Below, in pieces: positions 63,638-64,000 of a stretch of DNA of 64,000 nucleotides (position 1 is its first letter; the number at the start of each line of letters is the position of its first letter). The stretch is from an uncultured Spirochaetota bacterium (GTDB lineage: Bacteria > Spirochaetota > Brevinematia > Brevinematales > JAOACQ01). The notes beneath the pieces are model-generated. The model was not told the DNA's origin, ran no database searches, and saw only the letters and a list, made by a program, of their open reading frames with translations. The stretch is from NCBI GenBank assembly GCA_963783575.1, contig CAWAOD010000009.1, positions 608,001-672,000 on the forward strand. The letters run 5' to 3'. The position numbers were made by a program, and so were the translations under genes.

Positions 63638-64000
63638 TTATTCATTTATCTTATTTTCTACAAATACAAGAATTTTTTTGGCGTTTACTATTGCCTGTTT
63701 GACGTCTTCCAAATCAGGATCCAGAATATCATCAGGATATCGAAATACAGGAGAAATATTTTTAGCATATTCAAAAATAATAGAAAATGATAGGTCTATT
63801 TTTTCATAAATTTCTGTCAATTCAACAACATCTTGAGTTTTAATCAGTGGTTTTTTTTTATAAGACAAAAAAGCTTTTAAAGCTTTTTCTCCGCTTTGCT
63901 GGGCATGATAAATGGCAGTATCAAGTAATGGCTTTTTGTTTCCAATTAGAACTATTGATACTTCAAGATCATTTCTGGCTTTATATAACCATTTTTCGTA
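63638..64000 (-). CDS. HEPN domain protein (5' end outside the window)
   Basis: Frame extends past the ORF call: WLYKARNDL...AIYHAQQSGEKALKAFL...KTQD...FRYP. Confidence 0.8.
   Translation of the reverse strand, partial: YEKWLYKARNDLEVSIVLIGNKKPLLDTAIYHAQQSGEKALKAFLSYKKKPLIKTQDVVELTEIYEKIDLSFSIIFEYAKNISPVFRYPDDILDPDLEDVKQAIVNAKKILVFVENKINE

Overview
AT-rich bacterial chromosome segment, most consistent with a spirochaete. This is inferred from the short P115-type SMC and the rsmI-flgM...fliA-hpf-hprK-ptsH-ntrY/ntrX arrangement. Housekeeping genes include ddl, pit/DUF47, typA, smc, ABC-F, tex, rrf2-nifS-nifU, a GHMP kinase-GalU fusion and uvrA. Accessory DNA: (i) a tandem family of four small membrane-protein paralogs with MITEs, downstream of a LolA-like/YidD/TPR operon (4.4-11.5 kb); (ii) a candidate EAR/epsC-type structured RNA ahead of two glycosyltransferases; (iii) an integrase-less element with an excisionase-like HTH and a gpII/X-type Rep, between attC-like remnants (19.2-24.9 kb); (iv) complete IS1182 and IS1380 copies; (v) a ~2.7 kb segment bounded by inverted repeats and a near-perfect 8-bp duplication, holding an IS1595 transposase remnant, an orphan Cas2-like gene and a putative RNase/DUF2283 pair (58.1-60.8 kb). 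Several conserved genes carry single-base frameshifts, probably sequencing errors. I saw no tRNA, rRNA or CRISPR array. All family calls are motif recognition by eye; no searches were run.
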